DNA of 64,000 nt from Porphyridium purpureum (Eukaryota). How positions within the stretch are numbered: position 1 is the stretch's first letter; each line of letters begins with the position of its first letter. The stretch is from NCBI GenBank assembly GCA_008690995.1, contig VRMN01000012.1, positions 186,001 to 250,000 of the forward strand, in the 5' to 3' direction. Below are positions 45,701 through 55,164 of the stretch, piece after piece. The notes beneath the pieces were generated by a model, which was not told where the DNA came from, did not search any database, and was given only the letters and a program-made list of their open reading frames with translations. The position numbers and the translations under genes are program-made.

Positions 45701-48700
45701 TATGAAGCTCGCATTGTCGACAGCGACAGAAATTCTCGAACAGCAGATCGCGGCGGCCGAGGCACGCGAGCAGGCGGAGCTTCGCGGCTCCGGTTCTACG
45801 GCAGGCGGTGGTGGTGCGAATGCTGGTGGATTGGGCACGGCAAGGCCAGGGGGTGGCGTCAGAAGCAGGAAGAATGACAAAAGAGGCGGTGGGTCCGGTT
45901 CAGCGGGTCCTAAGAAAGTGCGCATGCGGCTCGGTGAATTCGGCGAAGCCATTGAAGTGCAGCTTGACGGAGGTAAGAACTCGAAGAGTTCGAAGAAGGG
46001 TGGGGCAGGGGGTGGTTTGCTGGGGACCAATTTGGCGACCAAGTCTCCACCTGCGCCAAGACGGCCGCCACGTGTTCTAGGATGGGCGCCCAGCTGGCGG
46101 CCGAAAACCATTGAGTTGATTAAGGCCCTGATGAAGGAGCCAGAGGCTGAGCCCTTCAATGATAAGGTTGACTGGAAGGCGTTGGGCTTGCTGGATTACA
46201 GAAATATTGTGAAGAAGGCCGTTGACCTTGGCATGGTTCTGCGAAATTTGGAAGCGGATGAAGCGGCGGACTCGGCGGCAGTGCCATCATTGACAGACGC
46301 ATCGCGGCCTGGAGACGAAGCGGTGAAAGTAGAGGAGAACAACGACGATGAAGAGATGCAAGGCCGGGGCTTGCGTCGACGTCGAGACAGTGTGCGAAAG
46401 TCAGAGCCTTCTCCGACCGTCGCGTCTTCGGCAGCCGCGGCCGCTTTGCCACCAGCGGCACCTCGCGCTGGGGAGCCCACCCTGGCCAGTGGCCAAGAGG
46501 AAGCGCAGGACGGTGTCCAAGCTGCAGCGCAAGCATCGGGAGGGTTGAACTATGAGAGTCTGATTCGAGTCAGTCAGGACATTGAGTTAATCTTTACAAA
46601 CTGTCGGCGATACAACGGCCACACGCCAGAATCCGAAATTATGCAGCAAATGCGCTCGCTGATGTCCAAGTGGCAGCGCATGTGGCTCGACACGTTTGGC
46701 GAAGAGTACTTGTTCCGTCGCTTTGGCATGCGCTGCCTGCAGAGTCGCGCCTTGCGCGGCCTAGGCGGCGACGCTCCGACTCGAGCGTCGGAGCAAGAGG
46801 TTGATGGCGCCCTTCCAGGTTCGGAGCAAAGTTTATCGATAGAGCAGCGCGCAAAGCAGGTCGTGGATGCGCTTGCGATGCGTGTCGAAGCGCCATACCT
46901 TGCGCGTCGAACGCCAGCGTGGGATGCGATTGAGAAAGCGGCGGCTGCAGCAAAAGAGTCGCCGGGGATTGAGTCGCTCGAGGAATTGCGCATCAGGATC
47001 TGCAAGGCGGTCATTGCACTTGAGGGACGGGGAGTTGTGTCTGCTGGGAAAAATAAGAACAAGGTGAAGAATGGCCAGCCGCCAGATAAGGAACGCAAGC
47101 TCAAGCGCATGTTTGAAGCAGTGTGGCGAAACAGCGGCTGCGCCAGCGAGCTGAAGAAGTGTCTTTTTGGGAAACCGCATCTACAGCCCTGGAAGGATCC
47201 CATGGAGGACACGTCGCGCCTGCGGAAAGTCATCATTGACGGCGGCGATGAGACTCAGCACGACGCGGGCGTCCAGAGCATCGGCGGAGATCCAGAACAG
47301 CAACCGCTTGCGTTGCCGGCTGCGATGGCGTTGGTTTCTGTCGACGAGCGGCTCGATGTGGAAGCAGTGAAGGATTGGAAGAAAGTTGCTCTGAAATTAG
47401 TGGACAAGGTTATCAAGCACGCTGATTCTGTGGCGGTGGACGTGTTCACCAAAGCAGTGCCGTCGAGCGTTCCGGAGTATCGGGAGATCATCAAGCGACC
47501 GATGGATTTGGGCACTATCCGGGCCAAGCTTGTGGGAGACAAGTATACAAGCCGTTCGCAAGTCGTATCTGACTTTGATCTGATGTGCAAGAACTGCCGC
47601 GACTTTAATGGGTCCAATCCGGAAGAAAGCTGGGTGACAGCGACCTGTTACGAAATTGAGCATGCTTTCCAGCAAAGCTGGGCGGATGCTGGGCTCGGCG
47701 AGACAACGGGTCGGAGGATGTTCTACGAGCAGCGTCGTAAGGAGCTCCAGCTACGTGGAGACACAGACGCTTGCAAGCTTGCTCGACTCGGCGCGAAATG
47801 CATTGGCGCGCGGGTGGAGCTGTACCGCGCAGACGAGCGTAAGTATTTCAGCGCCTCGATCACCGGCTACGACGAGTACCGGGGCTGGCATTACGTCAAA
47901 TGGGATCGCTTCCAGGGCGGGGAGACTGAACTGCTACCCCTCGTGAATGAGCGCGCGCGTGTCAGAACAAGCGACTTGCCCGACGCCGCAGCGCATGAGT
48001 GGGATGCGATTCGGCCTTTGAAGATGGTTGTGACCGGATCAGATCAAGATCCAGACGTTCCTGAGGTTCAGCAGTTGAAGAACAAGATGACGGTAGCTGT
48101 GGGAACTGGGAAGGGCGGTGCGAAGCGGGTGATTGTGCCGATCAGGCGTGTCGTGTTGGTAAAGCGGCCGCGCAGTTCACCAGATGAAAGTGAGCCGGCT
48201 TCCGGGACATCGGAACCACCTGCCGATGATCAAACTCAGACTAAGCGATCGCGTCGAGCCGACCAGGACACTGCCACGCGTCCTCCAGAAGAAAATGTTG
48301 GCGGGGCTCACGTTGAGCCCAGCAGTAGTAACAAGCCACTCAGTGTTAGAGTCAAGGTCAAGGTTGGGCCATCAGAAGAGCCGAAAAATCGTAGTGAGGC
48401 TGGGCAGTCAACGAAAAGCAGGAGCGATGCTGGAGTGAAGTCATCGTCGTCGGCTGTTTCCGGAGCATCGGCAAGGTCAAAGACGGGGTCGCGGTCGCGC
48501 CCTACACGAGACCAGCTCAAGATCGAGCCTGTGATTGCCAAGCCGGTAGCTGTACCGGCGGAAAGGCCGTCACGAGGCTCGGACAGACAAAAGGCAGATT
48601 CACGGGCTCGAGTCGAAAGTGCTCCGAAGGGACCAGCCAATTCTTCGGCTGGTAGCAAGGCCAAGACGGAGAAGAAAGGCAGCGGCGCAGAGCCTGTTTC

Positions 48701-48989
48701 ATATGTGGAAGGGTCACTGGACGGGGTCGCGAAAAGCAAGACACAAAAGGATACGATCCTGCGCGCCCTCGAGGCCGCCAAGGCGGTGAGTGAGTACTCT
48801 TCGATTTTGGCAGAAGGCACGCACGTGCTAGGCAAGCGTGTCGAAGTGTACTGGTACCTCGATTGTGCGTGGTATCCGGGTACGATCACCGCGTGCAATC
48901 CGCGGCGCAAGACGCTCAAGGTCGATTATGACGGAGGCGAAGAGCTCGACGTGGACGCGGCCGAGGAGCCCGTGCGATTGTGCAAGTGA
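39790..48989 (+). CDS. Giant chromatin reader/ISWI-partner-like protein: DDT, WHIM, PHD, PZP-like PHDs, two bromodomains, two Tudor-like domains (PTM/BPTF-like)
   Basis: DDT: YAFLRSFSAQLFLSPF..LDRLTWQEFL. WHIM1: KLDLLDFLMDE. PHD: CVLCGQGGSLVCCDTCSRSFHAKC. Bromo: LLDYRNIVKKAVDL..NCRRYN and PEYREIIKRPMDL..NCRDFN. Tudor: GKRVEVYWYLDCAWYPG. The frame is open 40440-48989. The probable ATG at 39790 needs frameshift corrections in a GC-rich region. Confidence 0.9.
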
Positions 48990-49676
48990 CCAGTGTATTC
49001 CCAAGTTTGCGGCATGCCGTGCGTGCCTTGTTCTGCGAGCGTATCTCGTCCCACCCGATGGTAGATGAAGCGGTATGGCGTGTTAGAAGACTGACAGACT
49101 AAACATACGAAAGACGCAGATCAGACGAAACCGGCACTTCGTGGTCGCGTCGGCATGCTTGAACCGCAACCGCCGCCTCTCATTCCGATAAATCAGCGCG
49201 CGCTCCTATTCTTTGAATACAGACGCTCATGCGTGCCCTCTTCAGACCGGCCCCATCTTCCGCGCCACACCCGCTGCGGCGGCAGCACGTTGCCTCCCAG
49301 CCAGCGCGTCCACACATGCGCTGCCGTGACCCGCGGCTCTGCCAAGGGACATCGTTGCGCGCAGGTGTTGACGAGCTGCGAGAAGCCGAGCCTGCAACGG
49401 AGCCTGCCGTTGTCGACAGGCGGTTGACGCGCCAGCTTGCGGTTTACGCGGACGTGGGCGTGGCGAGTGCCGAGCAGCTCGGCAAGATCGCAGTCGCCGG
49501 CGAGAGATGTAGAACGGGCGCATGAATGTGCGCATGCATGAAGAAGGATGGCGGCGGGCAGCAGGAAGGCAGAAGATTATTGCGTGTTGGCGATTTAGCC
49601 GAGAACTGTGTTGAGGTACGATTTGGCAGAGCGCTCTAAAGCTTGCGGGGTGTGACCAGGCGTGTGCTTGAACTTG

Positions 49677-51212
49677 ATGGCAAGTTGCTGTTTTTCGTGC
49701 CTGCTAGCAATGATGTTCGGAGCTCGCATGCGGCTGCCGAAACGAGCGAGAATAGCTCTCCGACATACATCCACGGAGGCAGCTGCAGTCAGGAAACAGA
49801 GATCGGTCATGTTTGCGAGCTTTTTGTGGCCAGAAACAAGCAGTTCGGCCGCTGGTGTGCGGACGTCGAGTCTGTTGTGTGCGTTCCAAACGTGGGGTTG
49901 GTCTGTGCATTTCCTAGCGTGTGCGCGACAGAACGAGCACACGGACATGTTGGAGGCATCTGGTGTTCGTACATATCGGATTGCGCCAAACCGGAGGGCT
50001 GACCTGGATGTAGTACTGCAGGCCGCTGCGCCCGACGTGGTTGTCTTTGACAGGTTTATGGCCGAAGAGGCATTCTCGTTCCGCGTTCGGGCTGTAAATC
50101 CGGACGCCATACGCATTCTGGACATGCAGGATCTGCATTCGTTGCGGTATACGCGGGAGAAGGTCGTAAAGCAAGCGCTCGCCACAAAGGATGATTCAGG
50201 TTGCGTTGTCCAGAGCGCCAAGTCCGTGACGCGTTCGCCCGTGGAAGCGGCACTTGCGTCAGTGCCTGCTGCAAGTGACGATCGCCTGTGTCGCGAGCTG
50301 GCATCTGTACACCGCTGCGACCTGACGCTGGTATGCTCACCTGTTGAAATGTCGTTGATGCGAGACCGCTTTCAGATTCCGTCGCACAAGCTTGTGCTTG
50401 CGTCGCTTTTTTGCAAGCCACCGGTCGACTCGCCTTTGGTGAATCGTCCAGGCTTTGAAGGCCGCGCAGGTTTCATGACCATCGGAACCTTCCTGCATCC
50501 ACCAAATGTGGACTCGGTTCGCTGGCTGGCCAGCGAGGTCTGGCCGCTGATACGCGCCAGACTGCCGAACGCCGAGATGCACGTGTTTGGCGCGTACCCA
50601 ACGGAGGCCATGCGGAAGCTCCACAGTCATGCGGACGGATTCCTGGTGCAGGGTTTTGCGCGCTCCGTGCCACGCGCCATGGAGGCTGCACGCGTGATGC
50701 TTGCGCCGCTCCGATTCGGCGCGGGCATTAAGGGAAAGATTGTGGATGCTTGGGCAAATGGCTTACCAGTAGTCACAACGCCTGTGGGTGCAGAAGGGAT
50801 GGTGCCTGGCGTGGACTGGCTCTGGCGTCCGCAGCACGACGCGGATGACGGCGAGTGGGGCGGGCGCTGGGGCTCAGTAGATGCTGAAGGAGTGGCGAGC
50901 GACGCGCTGCTGCTGCATGAAGATCCAGAAGCATGGGAAAAGGCGCGAGCGCGCGGGGTAGAGCTCGTGGCGACATTGTTTCCGGCGGAGCCCAGGCTGG
51001 CCATTCTGCGAGAGCAGATTGAGCGCCTTTTCCGGCAGGACGACAAGTCTGCCAAGGCATGCCTGGCGGTGCAGCGCAATCAGGATTTTGTGGGTGCAAT
51101 GTTGTGGCATCACAGCGTGCGGTCCACCGAGTACTTCTCACGCTGGATTGAGCTCAAGGAGACAGGCGTCGACTCGAGCAGGGTCAAGTCAGACACAAAG
51201 GCCCCTGCGTAG
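49677..51212 (+). CDS. GT-B fold (GT4-like) glycosyltransferase of bacterial type
   Basis: WPETSSSAAGVR, PDVVVFDRFMAEEAF, LDMQDLHSLR, IGTFLHPPNVD, APLRFGAGIKGKIVDAW and PVVTTPVGAEG. The start may be at 49710/49713. Confidence 0.88.
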   Translation: MASCCFSCLLAMMFGARMRLPKRARIALRHTSTEAAAVRKQRSVMFASFLWPETSSSAAGVRTSSLLCAFQTWGWSVHFLACARQNEHTDMLEASGVRTYRIAPNRRADLDVVLQAAAPDVVVFDRFMAEEAFSFRVRAVNPDAIRILDMQDLHSLRYTREKVVKQALATKDDSGCVVQSAKSVTRSPVEAALASVPAASDDRLCRELASVHRCDLTLVCSPVEMSLMRDRFQIPSHKLVLASLFCKPPVDSPLVNRPGFEGRAGFMTIGTFLHPPNVDSVRWLASEVWPLIRARLPNAEMHVFGAYPTEAMRKLHSHADGFLVQGFARSVPRAMEAARVMLAPLRFGAGIKGKIVDAWANGLPVVTTPVGAEGMVPGVDWLWRPQHDADDGEWGGRWGSVDAEGVASDALLLHEDPEAWEKARARGVELVATLFPAEPRLAILREQIERLFRQDDKSAKACLAVQRNQDFVGAMLWHHSVRSTEYFSRWIELKETGVDSSRVKSDTKAPA

Positions 51213-51763
51213 ACGACCTCATCATCTCACGCCTGCTGCTCTGTTCCCGCTTTGTGATTTCTTTCAGGCTCATGCACGAGTCTTGGGTATCGTTCGTTGC
51301 CGGTCAGCGTCCCTGTCGGACACGGATTCTTGCTGCTAGCGCAGTGGCCTTGTCCGCAGCCTGACATTCGCCTGCATGCCAAGAAACGCACCGTCTCAAG
51401 AGCTGAGATCCTGGCAATTAAACATATGCTGCGCCCCTTCTCACTTTCTACAGACCCCGCTTACTCGTGGCAGCATCCTGTCGCAAGAGGACCCGATCGC
51501 GTCAACCGTTGCACCAGAGTGTTGGAAATTTCACGCTGCCGAGCGTCGTGCTGAGCTCGCTTTTTTCGCAAAGCATGTGCCGTGTCTGCGTGAGACCTCC
51601 CAGCTCCATGCGCCATGGCACGGCACAAAGATCTGCAAACGACCGACTCGCGCGTGTGTGAGAGCTAGAAAAAGAACAAAACCCGCAGTGGTCTCCGCTC
51701 GCTTTGCGCCGGCTCTCTGACCTGCGCGATCGCCGACTCGCTGACTCCCGATGCACGAGCGCC

Positions 51764-52990
51764 ATGCGCTGCGCGGGTCCCGTGAGTCGTAGCGTGCTCC
51801 AGCGCGTGCGTCGAGCCATGAACGAGCTCGGTCTTGGGGTGGATGCACATGCGCACAACGTCAAGCCACTGCGTGTGTTGGTGGCAGTGTCTGGCGGTCG
51901 CGACTCTGTGTGCGCGTTGCATGTCATGAAAACACTGCTCGCGACGATGAATGCATGCCGAGAAAAGGCAAAGCAGGCGCCGTTTGACCGGCGTGGTGAC
52001 GCGACGTTGAGCCAAGGGCCTGAAGCTGGGTTGCACGAGCTGGCTGCCATCCACTGCGACCATCGATGGCCTGGAGATGAGGGCATTGCGGAGCACGTGC
52101 AGCGAGTCACGGACGGACTTGGGATCCATTTGCACGTCATTACACAGACCGATGGTGCAGCGGAGAACGGGATAAAAAGCAGCGAGAGGACAGAAACAGG
52201 TGCAAGGGATTGGCGCTATGCGTGCATTCGTCATATCTGTGCAACTTTTAGGTACACAACTGTGATTACGGGTCACACCAAGTCAGACCGTGTGGAGACG
52301 ATGTTGCTAAACTTGGTGACTGGCTGTGGAATGACTGGCATCGCTTCGATTCCAAGGCGTCGGCCGCTTTCATCGACACAGCACACCAGTGGCGAATTTG
52401 GCCAGGCCGAGCCAGTCGATTTGGTGCGACCGCTTCTAGACATTTGGCGAGCAGAAACGGCTGCTTATTGTGTGGAAAACGAGCTCGCGTTTCATGAGGA
52501 CGCGTACAACACGGGCACCACCACGCCACGGAATCGAATACGGAACGAGCTGATTCCATACCTGCGGACGCACTTCAACCCGCAAGTCGAGCAGCATCTG
52601 GCCCACACGAGCGAGCTGATGGCGTCTGAGCGCGACTTTCTCTCGTCGCACACTCGCGACGTCTTCCAGCGTGTTTTGCTTCCGTCGTCCAGCACAGCCG
52701 ACCCGGGCGACCACGCCATCAAACTGGACGCCCGGATACTGGCAGGCCAAAGCATTGCCACGCAGCGCCGAGTGCTGCGCATGGCGCTGCTGGTGAGACG
52801 CCACGCGCCTCGGAAGAGGAGCAGCAGCAGCGGCAGCTCGTTTGCCAAAGTGGAAGCGGTCCGATACCTGCTGGACCACCCGCGCGTCAAGAACGACGCG
52901 CGGGGACGCCAATGCTCATTCCAGTTCACGCCTCCGGGCCGCGCATGGATGTCGCACGACGGCACGGTCCTCCATATCATTCCTTCATGA
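51764..52990 (+). CDS. tilS: tRNA(Ile)-lysidine synthetase, cyanobacterial/plastid type
   Basis: PP-loop VAVSGGRDS, HCDHRW, ETGARDWRY, TGHTKSDRVETMLLNL, LVRPLL and RNRIRNELIPYLRTHFNPQVE. Start uncertain (frame open from 51704). Confidence 0.93.
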   Translation: MRCAGPVSRSVLQRVRRAMNELGLGVDAHAHNVKPLRVLVAVSGGRDSVCALHVMKTLLATMNACREKAKQAPFDRRGDATLSQGPEAGLHELAAIHCDHRWPGDEGIAEHVQRVTDGLGIHLHVITQTDGAAENGIKSSERTETGARDWRYACIRHICATFRYTTVITGHTKSDRVETMLLNLVTGCGMTGIASIPRRRPLSSTQHTSGEFGQAEPVDLVRPLLDIWRAETAAYCVENELAFHEDAYNTGTTTPRNRIRNELIPYLRTHFNPQVEQHLAHTSELMASERDFLSSHTRDVFQRVLLPSSSTADPGDHAIKLDARILAGQSIATQRRVLRMALLVRRHAPRKRSSSSGSSFAKVEAVRYLLDHPRVKNDARGRQCSFQFTPPGRAWMSHDGTVLHIIPS

Positions 52991-53226
52991 CAGGTCCTGC
53001 GCAGGCCCTGGCGCTCGAATCGACAAGATACACGCGCGTTTCATAGTAAAACGCCTCCTTTTTGTGATTTTCTCGGGTAACGCCTTGGACTTTTTTTGGT
53101 CGCGCAACAGCTCGAAGGACAGAGAGAGAGAGAGGGGGAGAGAGAGAGTGCGTGCGAGTCTGCGGCGGTGTGTTTGCGTGTGTTGTAGCGGGTCGCAGAG
53201 AGCGTACACTGCGCCGCTGGATTGGA

Positions 53227-53883
53227 ATGGCGCGCGCGCCGCACGAAATTCGGGCGCTGGTGCCGTACTTTGTTCCCAAGGACGACGAGGGTGACCATGA
53301 GAACCGTGTGGGCTGTTCCAGTGGAGAGGAGGCAAAGGACGAGACGCAGCTGGTCATCAATGAGCGGTTGGACATGGATGAGACGCGATGGAAGCTGCAG
53401 TCAAGAAGGGGAGCGGGAGCGGGAGCGGACGTTGAGGATGATGAGCAGGCGGAGGATGGGGAAGAAAAGTGGGTGCGTGTCGAGGTGCGTGACTGGGATC
53501 ACGCCGAGGGCTACTTCAAGGTGCGCACGCACTTGGTAAAAGACCTGCAGGTTCCGTCGTCTTCAGCGTCAGAGACTCCGTCTTCGTCGAGAACGAGCAA
53601 AAAGAAAAACAAGGGGTCGGCTCAAAGCAAGTCCGCGGAGCGGTCGAAAGGCTCGTACGCGGGTACGTCATTTGAGTTTCAGTCGCCGGCGCCGTCTGAG
53701 CTCCCGCTTCCTACTCATTTGTGTGAGGCTGGTGGTAACAAGCAAAGGACCATGGGTTACCTGCATGGCGGCAGCGATATGAGCCCTTATGCCAATGTGG
53801 CTCCCATTCCGATTCCCGCGCCACAAAGCGTGACACAGATAAGCGAGTTGGAGCACAATGTTCGCAAGCATCTTGCGTTTTGA
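53227..53883 (+). CDS. Disordered protein with a PNRC/Edc1-like decapping-coactivator motif
   Basis: YAGTSFEFQSPAPSELPLP fits the YAGxxF..SPxPxxLPxP consensus. Confidence 0.7.
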   Translation: MARAPHEIRALVPYFVPKDDEGDHENRVGCSSGEEAKDETQLVINERLDMDETRWKLQSRRGAGAGADVEDDEQAEDGEEKWVRVEVRDWDHAEGYFKVRTHLVKDLQVPSSSASETPSSSRTSKKKNKGSAQSKSAERSKGSYAGTSFEFQSPAPSELPLPTHLCEAGGNKQRTMGYLHGGSDMSPYANVAPIPIPAPQSVTQISELEHNVRKHLAF

Positions 53884-53938
53884 CGATATTTAAGAACAGA
53901 ATCCTCAAACGAAACAAACGAAAACCGGTCAACTAATT

Positions 53939-54283
53939 TTAAACCAAGCCGTCTGCGCCATGCTTCGCGGCCTTTTTCAGCTTGAGCTTGTCCTTCTTCG
54001 CTGACTTCTTTGAAACACCGGTGCCGGTCGGTGCGCCGTGCTGGATCTTCATCGGTTCCTTTTTCTTTTTGTGCTTGACTGGCGCCTCCTCTCCAGCACC
54101 CTCTGCCATTTCGGCATGCAGTTCCTCGCGAAGAAGGTGCAGATTCATCTGATAGTGGCGCGCCGTGCCCGAACGGCTCTCCTCACTTTCGCCGTCCGCA
54201 ACAGCGGCGAACGCGTCCAGCGAGCGCACCACGTGCTCAAGCGAAACCGATTCTCTCTTATTCACATGAATCGTCCACTCCAT
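53939..54283 (-). CDS. 114-aa protein with a Lys-rich tail; possible RNA polymerase I subunit A14 (Rpa14)-like
   Basis: ATG in good context (ACGATGG). The pattern IHV..ESVSLEHVVRSLDAF..loop..NLHLLREEL resembles Rpa14 as I recall it. Basic tail suggests nucleolar localisation. Confidence 0.55.
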   Translation of the reverse strand: MEWTIHVNKRESVSLEHVVRSLDAFAAVADGESEESRSGTARHYQMNLHLLREELHAEMAEGAGEEAPVKHKKKKEPMKIQHGAPTGTGVSKKSAKKDKLKLKKAAKHGADGLV

Positions 54284-54292
54284 CGTGACAGC

Positions 54293-54997
54293 TTATGCCG
54301 TGGGCTTCTTGGTGCCGTACTTGGACCTCTTTCTCGTTCTTCCGGCGACGCCTTGCAGATCGTACTTTCCGCGGATCAAATGATACTTGACACCGGGCAA
54401 ATCTTTGACTCGGCCACCACGAACAAGCACAGTGGAATGTTCCTGCAGGTTGTGTCCCTCACCGGGAATGTATGCCACAATCGCCTTGCCTGTGGTAAGC
54501 TGCACGCGAGCCACTTTGCGCACGGCCGAGTTGGGCTTCTTGGGAGTCGTTGTATACACACGAAGACAAACTCCGCGCTTCTGCGGGCACGCTTCCAGCG
54601 CGGGTGATTTAGTCTTTTTGCGCTTTTTCGACAACCGCTTCCCTTTCATCAACGAGCGAAACGTGTATCCTTTCCACCGTTTGGTGACAAGCTGACTCGT
54701 CGGTGAAGCACAACCGATCGCGGACACACGACCACCACACCCTTGCTCCGGAAGCGCGAGCGCCAGCCCTGCGCCACGCGTGCCTGCCGAACAATACCCG
54801 CCCTTATCCAACCCGCGAGCCGTCCACGTCCATCGACCAAACGAACTCAACGACCGGCGTTCCTGCTTGTGACGCGCGTGACCGCGCCAGCCCACGCACC
54901 CGCCGAGTCCAGCCACGGGGAAAACAGCCGAGAAGCGACCCGTAGAGCTTGTTGCGCACGCAGAGAGCACCGTGCGGACTAGACCATGCCCACGCAT
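54293..54997 (-). CDS. rps12: Nuclear-encoded mitochondrial-type ribosomal protein S12 with an N-terminal presequence
   Basis: [48 protein letters not shown] and RSKYG, preceded by a ~97-aa Arg/Ser/Gly-rich extension. Confidence 0.95.
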   Translation of the reverse strand: MRGHGLVRTVLSACATSSTGRFSAVFPVAGLGGCVGWRGHARHKQERRSLSSFGRWTWTARGLDKGGYCSAGTRGAGLALALPEQGCGGRVSAIGCASPTSQLVTKRWKGYTFRSLMKGKRLSKKRKKTKSPALEACPQKRGVCLRVYTTTPKKPNSAVRKVARVQLTTGKAIVAYIPGEGHNLQEHSTVLVRGGRVKDLPGVKYHLIRGKYDLQGVAGRTRKRSKYGTKKPTA

Positions 54998-55164
54998 CGC
55001 TTTCTCTGGCTGTGCGTCGCCTTCTTTTTCCTCTAGCGCCTTTGACTCGAGCGCCCCAGCGCGATAAGTCGCCGCACAACTGTTATTTACGACTTAGACA
55101 AATAACGACATTTTGATACATTACGTGCGGCGGATGCGCAAGCGCCGCGCGCGGTGGATGCGGG

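Noticed and set aside
49662..54997. Bacterial contamination or operon (GT, tilS, rps12)
   Set aside because: The genes carry N-terminal extensions, are interleaved with eukaryote-type genes, and rps12 is not followed by rps7/fusA.
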